Made by a program: the position numbers and the translations under genes | From: a virus | Strand: one strand, 5' to 3' | Virus record (IMG/VR): IMGVR_UViG_3300012642_000011 | Location: 32,001 to 96,000 of that record | DNA: 64,000 nt | Shown: positions 19,662 through 30,100 of the stretch, in pieces | Layout of the letters: each line of letters begins with the position of its first letter | Position numbering within the stretch: the first letter of the stretch is position 1 | Notes under the pieces: generated by a model | Databases searched by the model: none | Told to the model about the DNA's origin: nothing | The model's input: only the letters and a program-made list of their open reading frames with translations

Positions 19662-20707
19662 GAAGATCAGATAGGATCACCGTAGAGGATTTAAGACACT
19701 ATGTTCCCATCTTCCAGCAAGCAGATCATGCTATGGATTTATTGTTAGAAGAAGACCTTGATCCTCATGAGAGGAACAGGTTGGAATCAGTGGCTCGTAT
19801 GAGGTCAATTGCTATCTCTAGGATCAGCGACTTGTGCGCGCCATTGATTGTAAAAGAAGTGGCTTCAATTATTAAATCTTCTAGAATCCCCATTTCTCAA
19901 GATCCCACTATCTTCGATACTGTGTACCAAGCTGGAATCGGTGGAATGATCAGGGGTTTGAGAAAGTTTGATGTAGACAAGATCAATGTCTCTTCTACTA
20001 ATTATCTTCTTCAGTGGATCACTACTTATAGCAAGAAGGAGATGCTTTCTTTGGAAACACCTGAAGGCATTGCTCCTAGTAGGTATCAGAAGATGAAGAA
20101 GATTGCTGCTGTAAGATCGAAACTTTCTTCGGAGCGTGGAAGAGAAGTCTCCAATGAAGAAGTGCTTGAGTATTTCCATTCTGGTTCTGCTGACATTGAA
20201 AACAAGAATGGACGCGTGGGTTCTTCAGATGTTGCTTATGAATCCAATAAGAAGATGACTATTGATCTCATTGAAGAGCAAGAAGCATTGTATAAAGGCG
20301 ACATGGGCGTAGTGTCCATTGATACTCAGGATACTGTCTCTACAGGTTCTTTCTCTGATCATGACAGCGAGATTTTAGGGGAGAGTCTTTTTGGCCGTTT
20401 TCTTGAGACAGGAGATTTCACAGATCAGGCTAAAGCCGTTCTTCTTTCTGAGATGAATGTGCCTTCTATGGGTGATTATCTTTTAAATGTGGTGTCAACA
20501 ATGACGCCTTCTGAGTACAGATCTTTGGCTACGGTATGGAAGAAATACCTTCGTGATCCACATTCTCTCTTCTTCTCCTTCCTTAAGGATCTTGAGAAAG
20601 ATCCTCATGAGGAGTTCCATGTGGGAGCGTTGATATCAAGGATAGAACAAGAAAGCGAGACGAGGAATACGAATTATTCCAAACTCTTTAATAAAGGAGC
20701 GAAATAA
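19658..20707 (+). CDS. Second sigma-70-family paralog, with a divergent region 2
   Basis: …YQAGIGGMIRGLRKFDVDKINVSSTNYLLQWITTYSKKEM… aligns with the sigma region 2.1-2.4 pattern. The C-terminus is weakly conserved. Confidence 0.5.
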   Translation: MRRSDRITVEDLRHYVPIFQQADHAMDLLLEEDLDPHERNRLESVARMRSIAISRISDLCAPLIVKEVASIIKSSRIPISQDPTIFDTVYQAGIGGMIRGLRKFDVDKINVSSTNYLLQWITTYSKKEMLSLETPEGIAPSRYQKMKKIAAVRSKLSSERGREVSNEEVLEYFHSGSADIENKNGRVGSSDVAYESNKKMTIDLIEEQEALYKGDMGVVSIDTQDTVSTGSFSDHDSEILGESLFGRFLETGDFTDQAKAVLLSEMNVPSMGDYLLNVVSTMTPSEYRSLATVWKKYLRDPHSLFFSFLKDLEKDPHEEFHVGALISRIEQESETRNTNYSKLFNKGAK

Positions 20708-20949
20708 TGAATGCTATACCTACGAGTCTGATTGTGCAGTGGGGGATGTATGCGTTATGTGCAATCATCATCATTGTTGCCATAGTAGTCATTGTACTCA
20801 CTGTGAAGAGGAGGTATGATGACCTTCACGATGTCCTTCCTGATGAGGATGGAGTAGTAGAAAAGCCTCAGAAAAAGGTCGTTATTGAGGAAGAAGATGA
20901 AGAATCTGTCTTCTTCTTGGAAGATGACGAGATTAATACCATCAAATGA
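20707..20949 (+). CDS. Small single-TM protein with an acidic C-terminus
   Basis: TM (YALCAIIIIVAIVVIVLTV) then an E/D-rich tail. ATGA-coupled start. Confidence 0.4.
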   Translation: MNAIPTSLIVQWGMYALCAIIIIVAIVVIVLTVKRRYDDLHDVLPDEDGVVEKPQKKVVIEEEDEESVFFLEDDEINTIK

Positions 20950-21090
20950 TATCAATGCTATGATAATTGTAGGCAAAATGGCAAAGTTTTGATATTATGT
21001 AGTGTCATGTGAGTGATTCTCATGATGAATTGATACACTGAATGTGATTCAGGAAGTTCCTGATGAACTAAAAAGACAAAGGAGAAGCTT

Positions 21091-21381
21091 ATGGCTGAGA
21101 CTTACACAAAGGCAGATCTTGTTGCTGATGTTGCAACAAAGAAGGACATCTCCAAGGCTGAGGCAGCACGCATTGTTGACCTCGTAATTGACTTGATCAA
21201 GAACGAGTTGGGCGATGGCAACGACGTGAAGATTAGCGGGTTGTTCACTGCTAAGGTCTCCACCAGCGAGGCACGTAAGGGTGTTCACCCACGTACCCGC
21301 GAGGAGATTGATATTCCTGCCAAGAAGCGAGTCAAGTTCACACCTGCTGCTGTTATCAAGCGCACAGTTGCTGGCGAGTGA
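21091..21381 (+). CDS. hup: HU-family DNA-binding protein
   Basis: 97 aa. …GFGTF-like arm …SGLFTAKVSTSEARKGVHPRTREEIDIPAKKRVKFTPAAVIK…; RBS AGGAG. Confidence 0.85.
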   Translation: MAETYTKADLVADVATKKDISKAEAARIVDLVIDLIKNELGDGNDVKISGLFTAKVSTSEARKGVHPRTREEIDIPAKKRVKFTPAAVIKRTVAGE

Positions 21382-21413
21382 TCTGAGAATAACTCAACAA
21401 CAATTTAATATGT

Positions 21414-21447
21414 AAAGAGGGAGGAATTATTTCCTCCCTCTTTTGTT
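21414..21447 (+). terminator. Rho-independent terminator
   Basis: AAAGAGGGAGGAA-ttat-TTCCTCCCTCTTT (13-bp stem) followed by T-rich sequence. Confidence 0.85.
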
Positions 21448-21518
21448 ATATTATGGGAGGAAATAGAAGATATAAATATTTTTTGTTTTCCTGATAAGCG
21501 TAAACAGACAGGGGCGAT

Positions 21519-21965
21519 ATGAGACTGAACAATAAAGCATTCATCAACATTACACTTCCAGAGCATTATGTCGATGATCTCAAACTTGCTGCATACGAAG
21601 AAATGAGAACTGCGTCAACAAAATATAAACTCAATTTGACTTCTGAGGAAAAAGACAACATTTTCTATCATTCATTCAAACAATTGGAATTCAAAGTTAA
21701 AGAAATTGCAAGAACTGACTGGGAAATAGGCCAAAAGAAAGTGTCTATCAGAGTTGATCATTACGAAGACATAGAAATAGACATTCCAGAAGATCTCGGT
21801 TCTCATATGAACAAAAGCGTTCTACGAGAGAGCAAGAAATGGTCCTTTGACTATGAGAACAACAAGGGATCAATCCCATTGAATGAATTGCAATCAGAGA
21901 TTATGACTATGCTAGATAAGTTCTTGAGAACAGCAATCATGTATGGAGTAGGATCATATGCCTGA
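21519..21965 (+). CDS. Hypothetical protein
   Basis: Uninterrupted ORF between the two HU-like genes. No recognisable motif. Confidence 0.4.
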   Translation: MRLNNKAFINITLPEHYVDDLKLAAYEEMRTASTKYKLNLTSEEKDNIFYHSFKQLEFKVKEIARTDWEIGQKKVSIRVDHYEDIEIDIPEDLGSHMNKSVLRESKKWSFDYENNKGSIPLNELQSEIMTMLDKFLRTAIMYGVGSYA

Positions 21966-22311
21966 GCCAAGGAAAGCAACAGGAAACACAAGAGAACTTG
22001 CAAGAAAAGTCTCAACTCATGTTGGAATCAGGCCGGATATTGTCCATGATGTGATCGATGGGACCATTGATATCATTGTTGATGAAATCATGAATAATGG
22101 AGAATTAAAGATACCAGGATTCATTGAGATCACGAGTTATGAGCATAATAAGTCAACATATGGGAAGTCCAAAAGGCTGAAAACAAGTTTGAGTTGGAAG
22201 ATCAGACAACTGTGGAAACTCATGAACAATGGAAAGATTGATAAGCCAACAAAGGACACGTGGAGACAATTAGCATTAGATCATGTTATTCCTAATACGA
22301 AGCAAAAATGA
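21958..22311 (+). CDS. HU/IHF-like DNA-binding protein, divergent
   Basis: …ELARKVSTHVGIRPDIVHDVIDGTIDIIVDEIMNNGELKIPGFIEITSY…KSKRLKTSL… fits the HU fold pattern. Confidence 0.45.
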   Translation: MPEPRKATGNTRELARKVSTHVGIRPDIVHDVIDGTIDIIVDEIMNNGELKIPGFIEITSYEHNKSTYGKSKRLKTSLSWKIRQLWKLMNNGKIDKPTKDTWRQLALDHVIPNTKQK

Positions 22312-22381
22312 TCAATAAAAGAGCACACCCATCTATGATATTCAACAATATGATTAGGATAACACAGAAAAGAGAGAAGAA

Positions 22382-22933
22382 ATGACGGCAAAACTCACAT
22401 ATAATTCTCTTCCACCAGAGATCAAAGCGATAGCCAACGAGTCCTTGGGTGCAGGTGTGCTCAAGTCAATGTTTGGCAGCTATGCTCATACATACCATAT
22501 GGTCATTAAGATTTCCAACGGGGAATTTGTGGGTTTTGGACTTTACCATTTTAAAAATGTAAGGATTCCTGGAAAAGGAACCAAAACAGTAGGAGTCATT
22601 GACTGTGTTTGCGTATCGACACCTTACAGAAAAGATGGATTTGGGACTCTGATCACTTTCAGTGTGCTAAGGAAGATTGCAAGTTATGGTGCAAGCAGAG
22701 TAGAACTTATTCTTAAGACACCAAGAGTTGAGGACAGGGATGGTGAACCAGGCGTACCCTTAATCGGGAACCAACAAGTGCTACAAACGCTTGGTTTCAG
22801 AAGAGTGAAAATTCAAGATGGATACTTTGCTGAGAATTCAAAGAGATGGGGATATGAATGTCGCTTCTGTGGCAACTGGCCTGATACATGCAAGGGGATC
22901 ACTTACGTCATTGACGATGATTCATCTGAATGA
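22382..22933 (+). CDS. GNAT-family N-acetyltransferase-like protein
   Basis: GNAT motif A-like …VCVSTPYRKDGFGTLITFSVL…. Confidence 0.45.
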   Translation: MTAKLTYNSLPPEIKAIANESLGAGVLKSMFGSYAHTYHMVIKISNGEFVGFGLYHFKNVRIPGKGTKTVGVIDCVCVSTPYRKDGFGTLITFSVLRKIASYGASRVELILKTPRVEDRDGEPGVPLIGNQQVLQTLGFRRVKIQDGYFAENSKRWGYECRFCGNWPDTCKGITYVIDDDSSE

Positions 22934-22999
22934 TCATAAAACATCATCCCATTAGAAAATTGATATAAATAATGGGTGCTACAGGAGATTAATATATCT

Positions 23000-25900
23000 A
23001 TGTCTAAGAACAAGGGATCAGTATATCTTGAAAAATCTGTGATAGAAAAAACTTCTATCATCAGACCTTTCTTTTTTATGCTCTTTTCCCTTTTAGCGGT
23101 TATCTCCTTCGCTTTTGTAGGATTGTCATCCAGTATGCAAGCCACTACAGCATCCGCACAAAGTTCTGAATCAGACAAACAAGAAAGAGAACTACAAAAC
23201 AAAGTCAGAGAGGCTTTCAACAATTATTTCAAGGAATTCAAAGACCCTGACCAAGAAGGCGAAAAGCCAATATTTGATTATGTAGACCCGACTCAGGAAA
23301 GAAACACTATTGGTGGTGCCTTGGCTAGAGTTGCAGGTGCAGGAAAGTACCTAAACCAAGCTCCCCTAGCATATACCAGTAAAGACACTCCCACAACAGT
23401 CAATAAAAACTTCATGTGTAATGTTGACGACAAGTGGGCAGGAACGCCTCTCTATCACAACTGTGACATCCCTAACGTTCCTACAGAGATGCTTCAAGAT
23501 CTTATCTCCTTCATTGGATTCACAGGCCCCAAGGGTGCAAACGTGACCTCTTCTAAAATTGACACTCCTGCATTCGGAATGCCTAGTGCAATTACTAAGG
23601 CTATGGAACCCTCTTCAGATCCAAGCAAAAGATACTACAAGTACTCTGGTCTTGAACTCTTCGGATACAACCTAAGATACACCAACTACTACGGTGAATG
23701 GGACCAGATTAGAGTTGCTACATCAGCAAGAATGCTTTCTAACTTCGGTATGATGGACATGATTGGTATGTCAGGAAAAGCAGCATTTTCCGGCGTACAT
23801 AAAGGTTTAGGAATAGCCGGTGAAGAATTCATCAGTGGAATGAAAAAGGGCGACATCATTGGCGCTATCGGCGGTCTCTACTCTGGATTTGTCATTGGAT
23901 CTGTCACAGATTCTGTGAATACTGTTCTGGACACATCAGATTATAATGTTGTCGCAAACTACGCATGGTTTAGGGACAATTATGGTTCCACGCTCTATAA
24001 CGCCAGAGAACTCTCCAATGAAGAAATCTCCCGTGAGGCTGTAAAACAACTTGTTGCTATGGTCATGGGTACAACTCCAGAAGAGGCAAAAGTTCCCGCT
24101 GATCTTCTGTCCATCTCCAGTCCACCACAGGGTCCAAAAGAAGGCATCTCTTACTGTGAATATGCTGATCGTAATGGGAAAGTAGTCAAGGTCAAACCCT
24201 CTAGAGCACCTGGCATCAGTGAGGAAGCATGTGCGTCCAGAGCAAAAGATGCTCAAGGTGCTGTTGACGTTGACGATGCAAAGTATACATGGTCAGAAGA
24301 TGGAACCCAAAAAGCAGAGTCATTGAAAGAATGGGTTGCTAGAGACAAGGCGTTCTCCATCGGTGAGAAGTATAACATGGCATGTAAGCCTAATCTGGAC
24401 GTAAAAGACGAAGAGGCTGTGGCTGCAGAAGTTGCCAAGGTTGTCAATTGCTGGTCAGAGGAATGGAACAAGGCCAGAGATGAAGCGCTGATTAAGTCTG
24501 AAAAAGAAGTCACTAAAGAGTGGACTAAAGATGCTATCAGTAGCCAAAAGTTCCTTAAATGGATTCAAGAAGATCCCGCTAGAAACTTTAATGCTCCATG
24601 GAACAGGTTTGTTTGCCTTGATTCCTCAGGAAAAGACCTCAGGATAAATGGTCACAATGTTAAGGTATTTAACCCAGACGGGTCTTTGAATGACCAGTGT
24701 GGGGGAGGTGCTCCACGTCCTCCTATTCAAAATGGCTTCTTCGGAAACGGATATGTTGATGGGCAGTCAAAGCCTGACGTAGATACAAGAAACACATTGT
24801 CACAAAAGAGTATGTTTGAGGTTATTTTCCCTATCGACCTCATTTTCAGCAGTATTGCCAAATCTGGTCTCGACATTGCTATTTTCTTCAACAGAATTGC
24901 CAACACTGTCATCAATCTTTCCTTCATGCCTATTGGAGAAGAGTTGGGAATCAATAAGATTGTTGTCAGCCTAATGGAATCATATAGAGATGGCATCTTC
25001 TTCCCTATCAGCGTCATCATAGGTGCAGCAGTCGGCGTGATCATGATTTTCCAAGTTATTATCAAGAGAAACTTCAGAGAGCAGTTCCTCAACGCTTTGC
25101 TTGCTATGCTCACTATGATTGCAGGAGTTGCGCTGTTAACTAGGCCAGCAGAAACCATCAAAGCAGTAGAGACCATTCCTACCAACTTTGAGTCATGGGT
25201 TATGGGAACTATCTTTAATTTTGGAAAATCACAGGATGTCTTGTGTTCTGTCACAGGTGAATCCATGTCTGATAGCACTGTTGGATTTGATGGAGAAGCA
25301 ACAGGAAACAGTGTTCAGGGTAACGTGAGATTCTTGATGTGTGAAAGTTGGAGAGCATTCTCATTCACACCATGGGTTGTAGGCCAGTGGGGAACTTCCT
25401 ACGACGAACTTTATGCCAATGGAACTGAAGGCGTCAAGGGAACCATGCAGAATTCCAATGAGCAACTTGTAGGATCTGCTCCTGTAGAAATGGGCGGCGG
25501 AAAAACTGTGAACAACTGGGCTTTGTACCATTTGAGCACAATAACCAGCGGAACTGCCTATGAGAAGGATCTGACAGAACCCAATGGTTCTATTGATCCC
25601 GATTTCTACAGAATTGTTGACATGCAGGCAGGTCCAAACAACGGTGCTGGAACAGATGGACGATACTTCAGCGCATGGACAGGTCAAGACTATGGCAGCA
25701 GGATAACAAGTGGTCTCTCTGGTGCTGTGACATCTGTAGTGTCATCTGTGGTGATCATTTCCTATTCTGTAGTCAAGATACAGATTTCTATCATCACAAC
25801 AATAATGCTGATCATGCTTCCTTTTGTTCTGCTTGTTGGAATCCTCCCCGGACCAGGTAGAAGGATGCTTAGAGGCTATGCTGCAACCATTCTGGGCTTG

Positions 25901-27169
25901 ATGATTCAGCGTGTTGTTTTGGTTGTTCTCATGTCTCTTATGTTCAAAGTTTTGATTGGGTTCGCCAACTTCGGCGGTAGCCCGCTGATTTCTCTTGTCC
26001 TTGTATGTATTGGAGCAGTAATCTTCTATTCACTCAAGAAGGAAGCATTAGAAGGGGCGTTTAACATCACCAATGGCATAGGAAGGCATGTGGCTGCCGG
26101 AATTGCAAATGAGCCTATCAAGTCTACAATTAATGTTCTTGGTCAAAACAGGTTCATCTCTAATCGTGCAGAGCACACTAAGGCTGCGGCCAAGGGCGTG
26201 GTTTCAGGTGGAATTGGTTCTTACATGTCTGGAAGCAGAGACCTCAAGGGCGCTCTTGCAGGGGCAAAGGCTGGCTACGATTACGAGACAGGAAAGGTTC
26301 ACAAGAACCAGAGGAGGCGTGGATTCTCTGCACTTGAGTCCTTCGGAACTGCATATTCTTCTACAAGTAATAAGATTAGAAACGATCTTGAAAACGAGAT
26401 GAGAGAGAATGGCGCAGTAGATGAACTTTACGGAACAAAGAAAGACTTCGAGGAGCAGAAGGGTGATGAGAATAAGAGAAATTCAACTATGAGTATGTAC
26501 GACTATGGAAAGAATCTCTCTGCATACAATGACCTCTCTACCAAGGAGAGAGTTGATGAAAATGGCAAGAAGTTCAAAGTCAACCCAGCTAATGAGGATG
26601 ACATTGACTTTACACGAGGACTTGCTGGAATTCCAGAGAGTTCAAGGATTTACAAGCCATCTAACCCTAAGATTGACATCAACTCTGCTTCTGAAGCAAG
26701 GGCTGCTAGAAAGTACATGGATGCTAGGGCTAAAAAGAGGGATGAGGAAATAGATAAGATTGCAGAAGATGACTCTTACTCAACAGATTTCTCATCAGTT
26801 TCTGAAGCAAGGGCTGCCTATAACAAAGCCAACGCAGATCAAGGTGATCAGCAGCAGGATGATACATCTACATCCGGTGAACAGATGAACAATCAACATC
26901 AGCCAGAGCAGGATGAAACAACATCCCCTGTTTCAACACCAGACGTAGAGATTACTGGAAAGGTGAAGGTGCGTCGTCTAAGGATCATCAAGAAGAGAAG
27001 GACATCTACAGAAAAGATGGAAGACGCAATTAAGAAGTTCAGGGCAAGTCAGGACTTCAATTACGCATTGTCTGATCTTATCTTGGGGGAGAAAGAGAAA
27101 GAGATCAGAATCCTTCAAGAAGCAAAAGAGTATGAGAACAATAAGAAAGATGAGGGAGGGGATCAATGA
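23000..27169 (+). CDS. Giant polytopic membrane protein, paralog 2 (VirB6/ConG-like topology)
   Basis: ATG 23000 lies 12 nt after AGGAG. Signal peptide (…AFVGLSSSMQATTASA), ~560-aa Cys-containing ectodomain, two TM clusters (…LPFVLLVGILPGPGRR…) and a low-complexity cytoplasmic tail. Shares the NNWALYHLSTIT block with paralog 3. Confidence 0.6.
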   Translation: MSKNKGSVYLEKSVIEKTSIIRPFFFMLFSLLAVISFAFVGLSSSMQATTASAQSSESDKQERELQNKVREAFNNYFKEFKDPDQEGEKPIFDYVDPTQERNTIGGALARVAGAGKYLNQAPLAYTSKDTPTTVNKNFMCNVDDKWAGTPLYHNCDIPNVPTEMLQDLISFIGFTGPKGANVTSSKIDTPAFGMPSAITKAMEPSSDPSKRYYKYSGLELFGYNLRYTNYYGEWDQIRVATSARMLSNFGMMDMIGMSGKAAFSGVHKGLGIAGEEFISGMKKGDIIGAIGGLYSGFVIGSVTDSVNTVLDTSDYNVVANYAWFRDNYGSTLYNARELSNEEISREAVKQLVAMVMGTTPEEAKVPADLLSISSPPQGPKEGISYCEYADRNGKVVKVKPSRAPGISEEACASRAKDAQGAVDVDDAKYTWSEDGTQKAESLKEWVARDKAFSIGEKYNMACKPNLDVKDEEAVAAEVAKVVNCWSEEWNKARDEALIKSEKEVTKEWTKDAISSQKFLKWIQEDPARNFNAPWNRFVCLDSSGKDLRINGHNVKVFNPDGSLNDQCGGGAPRPPIQNGFFGNGYVDGQSKPDVDTRNTLSQKSMFEVIFPIDLIFSSIAKSGLDIAIFFNRIANTVINLSFMPIGEELGINKIVVSLMESYRDGIFFPISVIIGAAVGVIMIFQVIIKRNFREQFLNALLAMLTMIAGVALLTRPAETIKAVETIPTNFESWVMGTIFNFGKSQDVLCSVTGESMSDSTVGFDGEATGNSVQGNVRFLMCESWRAFSFTPWVVGQWGTSYDELYANGTEGVKGTMQNSNEQLVGSAPVEMGGGKTVNNWALYHLSTITSGTAYEKDLTEPNGSIDPDFYRIVDMQAGPNNGAGTDGRYFSAWTGQDYGSRITSGLSGAVTSVVSSVVIISYSVVKIQISIITTIMLIMLPFVLLVGILPGPGRRMLRGYAATILGLMIQRVVLVVLMSLMFKVLIGFANFGGSPLISLVLVCIGAVIFYSLKKEALEGAFNITNGIGRHVAAGIANEPIKSTINVLGQNRFISNRAEHTKAAAKGVVSGGIGSYMSGSRDLKGALAGAKAGYDYETGKVHKNQRRRGFSALESFGTAYSSTSNKIRNDLENEMRENGAVDELYGTKKDFEEQKGDENKRNSTMSMYDYGKNLSAYNDLSTKERVDENGKKFKVNPANEDDIDFTRGLAGIPESSRIYKPSNPKIDINSASEARAARKYMDARAKKRDEEIDKIAEDDSYSTDFSSVSEARAAYNKANADQGDQQQDDTSTSGEQMNNQHQPEQDETTSPVSTPDVEITGKVKVRRLRIIKKRRTSTEKMEDAIKKFRASQDFNYALSDLILGEKEKEIRILQEAKEYENNKKDEGGDQ

Positions 27170-30100
27170 TGAAGAATAATGCAGTGTATATGGATGCATC
27201 TTCATTTAAGAAGACGAAACCTGCATCATTCAAATCAATATTCTCCTTCTTCATGGCAGGATTTTTCATTGTTGTTGCTTTGCTTCCTACTATGACTTCT
27301 TTGACAACTTTCGGCAACAAGAATGAACCTACAGTAAGTTCAGCATCTGCACTGGAATGGAATAAGTTCATGATGTGTGAGGTGTTCCCTGAGCCTGCAG
27401 ATAGAATCTATCAGTATGCTTCTACCACTGATCTTCAGTTTGCTTTCAGGTCGAAGAGTGCTATGACTTCTGGTGCAGACAAAGTAGATTCTTTTTTGAA
27501 CGGTATATTAAATCTCACTTCTGTTACCAACATCAATGAACTTAATAGCCATATTCTTGGCTATAATGTGACAGAACTCACTGAGATGAAATACCCTGTG
27601 GACATGGAACTTGATCCAGAGGAAAGGTTCAATAAGGGCGCGCATATCAACCCATTCGATAGGTTCGGTGTTGCTGGACTTACTTTCAGTGGTTACATGG
27701 GTGAATGGAGGCATGTGGTCATTGATGCATGTGCTCAAAATACTGAACCATCTGATCCTAAAGCGGGATTGTTCTATGAGGACAGGCTAGAACCACGAAG
27801 CGTGTGGGCTGACATCAACGACAGTAAAGATCCTAGAACAAAGATCTTCAATAAGGGTTATCCTCCTGTGGGCGTAGCGTTCATGAACATTGTTGCTAAC
27901 TGGATTTTCACGCTGGCAAAGATTATTGTAGTTTTGACGGTTGCTCTTGTTGGCATTGCCTTCAGTGACATCATCACTTTGATCGGTCTTGACACACTAT
28001 TGGGATCATCAGGTGGTTTCATCACTGCTCTCTTCAATAGCGTGTTCATGCCGTTCATTGTCCTTGTCTTTGTGTTTGTTGGTATTAGCATCATCCGTGC
28101 AGGAGCCAGTGGCAAGACGAGACAGGCCCTCTCAGAGACGATTAGATCCATTGTGCTGTTCTTCCTCGCCATCTTCATTTCGTTCTCTCCAGGATGGGTT
28201 ATCACGCTTCCCAATAACCTCTCTATGATCATTCAGGCTGTCACTCTTAGCGCTATGAATAATAGTCTTTCTGGTGGTGGCGGAATGTGTGCTACAGACA
28301 TTGGAAGCTTTGAAGGAAAGATTCTTAGTTCATCCATTGATGTTGACTATGCAATTGACAATCCAGAAAAGACTATGAGCATCATTGATCAAGCATCTAC
28401 CACCATCAGGTCATCTGTAGGGTGCCAAATGTGGCAAATGCTTCTTCTCAAGCCATGGGCACAGGCACAGTATGGCACAGATTGGAATAATCTTTGGGCA
28501 AGAGGAGAAATTCCTGATTGGGCACCTAATGGCGCAACAGATCTGGAAAACAGAGATGAAAACGCTGAAATGGTAGGAGATGCTGCTGTTCCTATGGGTG
28601 ATGGAACATTCATCCATAACTGGGCATTGTTCCAAATCAGCACACAGACCAATGTCCACGCTCCTATCGGTCACGAGGGAGATGTTGCCAAAAAGACTAC
28701 TGGACTTGCAAATGATTGGTGGAGAGTTGCGGATGTCTTGAGTGGATACTACGAGAAGAGTGTTCCTCCTTCTGGTGAACCAGGCGAGCCTACAGATGAA
28801 TACAAAGTGATCGCTGATGACATCAACGTTTCTCCTTATTGGGACACATGGACTGGTGGAAACACTATGGAGAGGATTTGGGTGGCAGGTAGCGCTGTCA
28901 TCATTGCAGCAGTCGGATCTTCTGGTATCATCATTTTTGCATCTCTTTCAGCAATTTATGCTATCGGTGTGACATTGATGATTGCGTTTGCCCCTGTAGT
29001 CCTCTTGGTCGGTTGTTTCCCAGGTCAGGGTTGGGAGATCTTTAAGAGTTGGATCACCTTGATAGTGCAAGCAACTGGTAAGCGTATTGCTGCAGGAATT
29101 CTTCTTGTCCTTGCTATTGCCTTCACATCAGCAGCATTGAAGATGATGGAAGATATTGGATGGATACAGGGAATCCTTCTTCTCATTGTTTCCATGTTGG
29201 CATTGATCAAGGGAAGAGAAATGGTCTTCAGAACAATGTCATCCTTCAGCTTTGCAGGATACAGCATGACGCGTTCTGCTCAGAGAGTATCTGCAGGAAT
29301 GAAGAAAACTGTAAGCAAGACAACTGTTGATCCAACAGTGGCAACAGGAAGAATGATTGGATCTGTCGCTGGTGGTGCTGCAGCAGCAAGAGCAAATGGT
29401 GGAAGCACATTGAATGGTCTCGCTTATGGTTTCAAGAATGAGATGACGAACATCACTTATCGTAATAAGCACTTGAGAAACATTATTACTCAGTACGAAA
29501 TCTCAAAACAGAACATGGGCCATGCATCAATTGGTCAACATACATGTGGAGGTTGTGGTGAACCACTTGATCGAGACGGTTCAGGGGTGTTCTATGGAGG
29601 TAGAGATGCATCTGGAAAGTACTTCTGCAACACCTGTCTTGAAGAGGACACAGCAGGTCTTCTCTCCCCCGTTACAGCAAAGGTAGGTAAGAAAGAATAC
29701 CACTGCAACAGATGTGGACAAGACCTCTCTCCTGACAGTGGAACCTTTAACTTCAAGGGCGGCAAGGATGCTGCTGGAAACCTTTATTGCAGACGCTGCT
29801 TCTTTGATGAGATGGACAGTACTGTTGAAGGCGTCGATGGAAGATCTAAGATTGCAGAGTATGAAGGTTCAGAAGTCAAGTACCATGAGGAAGTTTTGAC
29901 TCCTGAAAGGGTTGTTAAGGATGCAAGGGAAACAGCACGAATAGAGAAGAAGATGCTACATAAGCAACAAAAGCATCAAAGGAAGACTGCAAAGAACCAG
30001 AATAAGGTCAACAGTAGAGGAAAGTTGACACGTGAGCAAGCAGAAAGAATCTATGCTGCCATGAATGATGCCAACAACAGGGCTAAGCACGTCAAGACTG

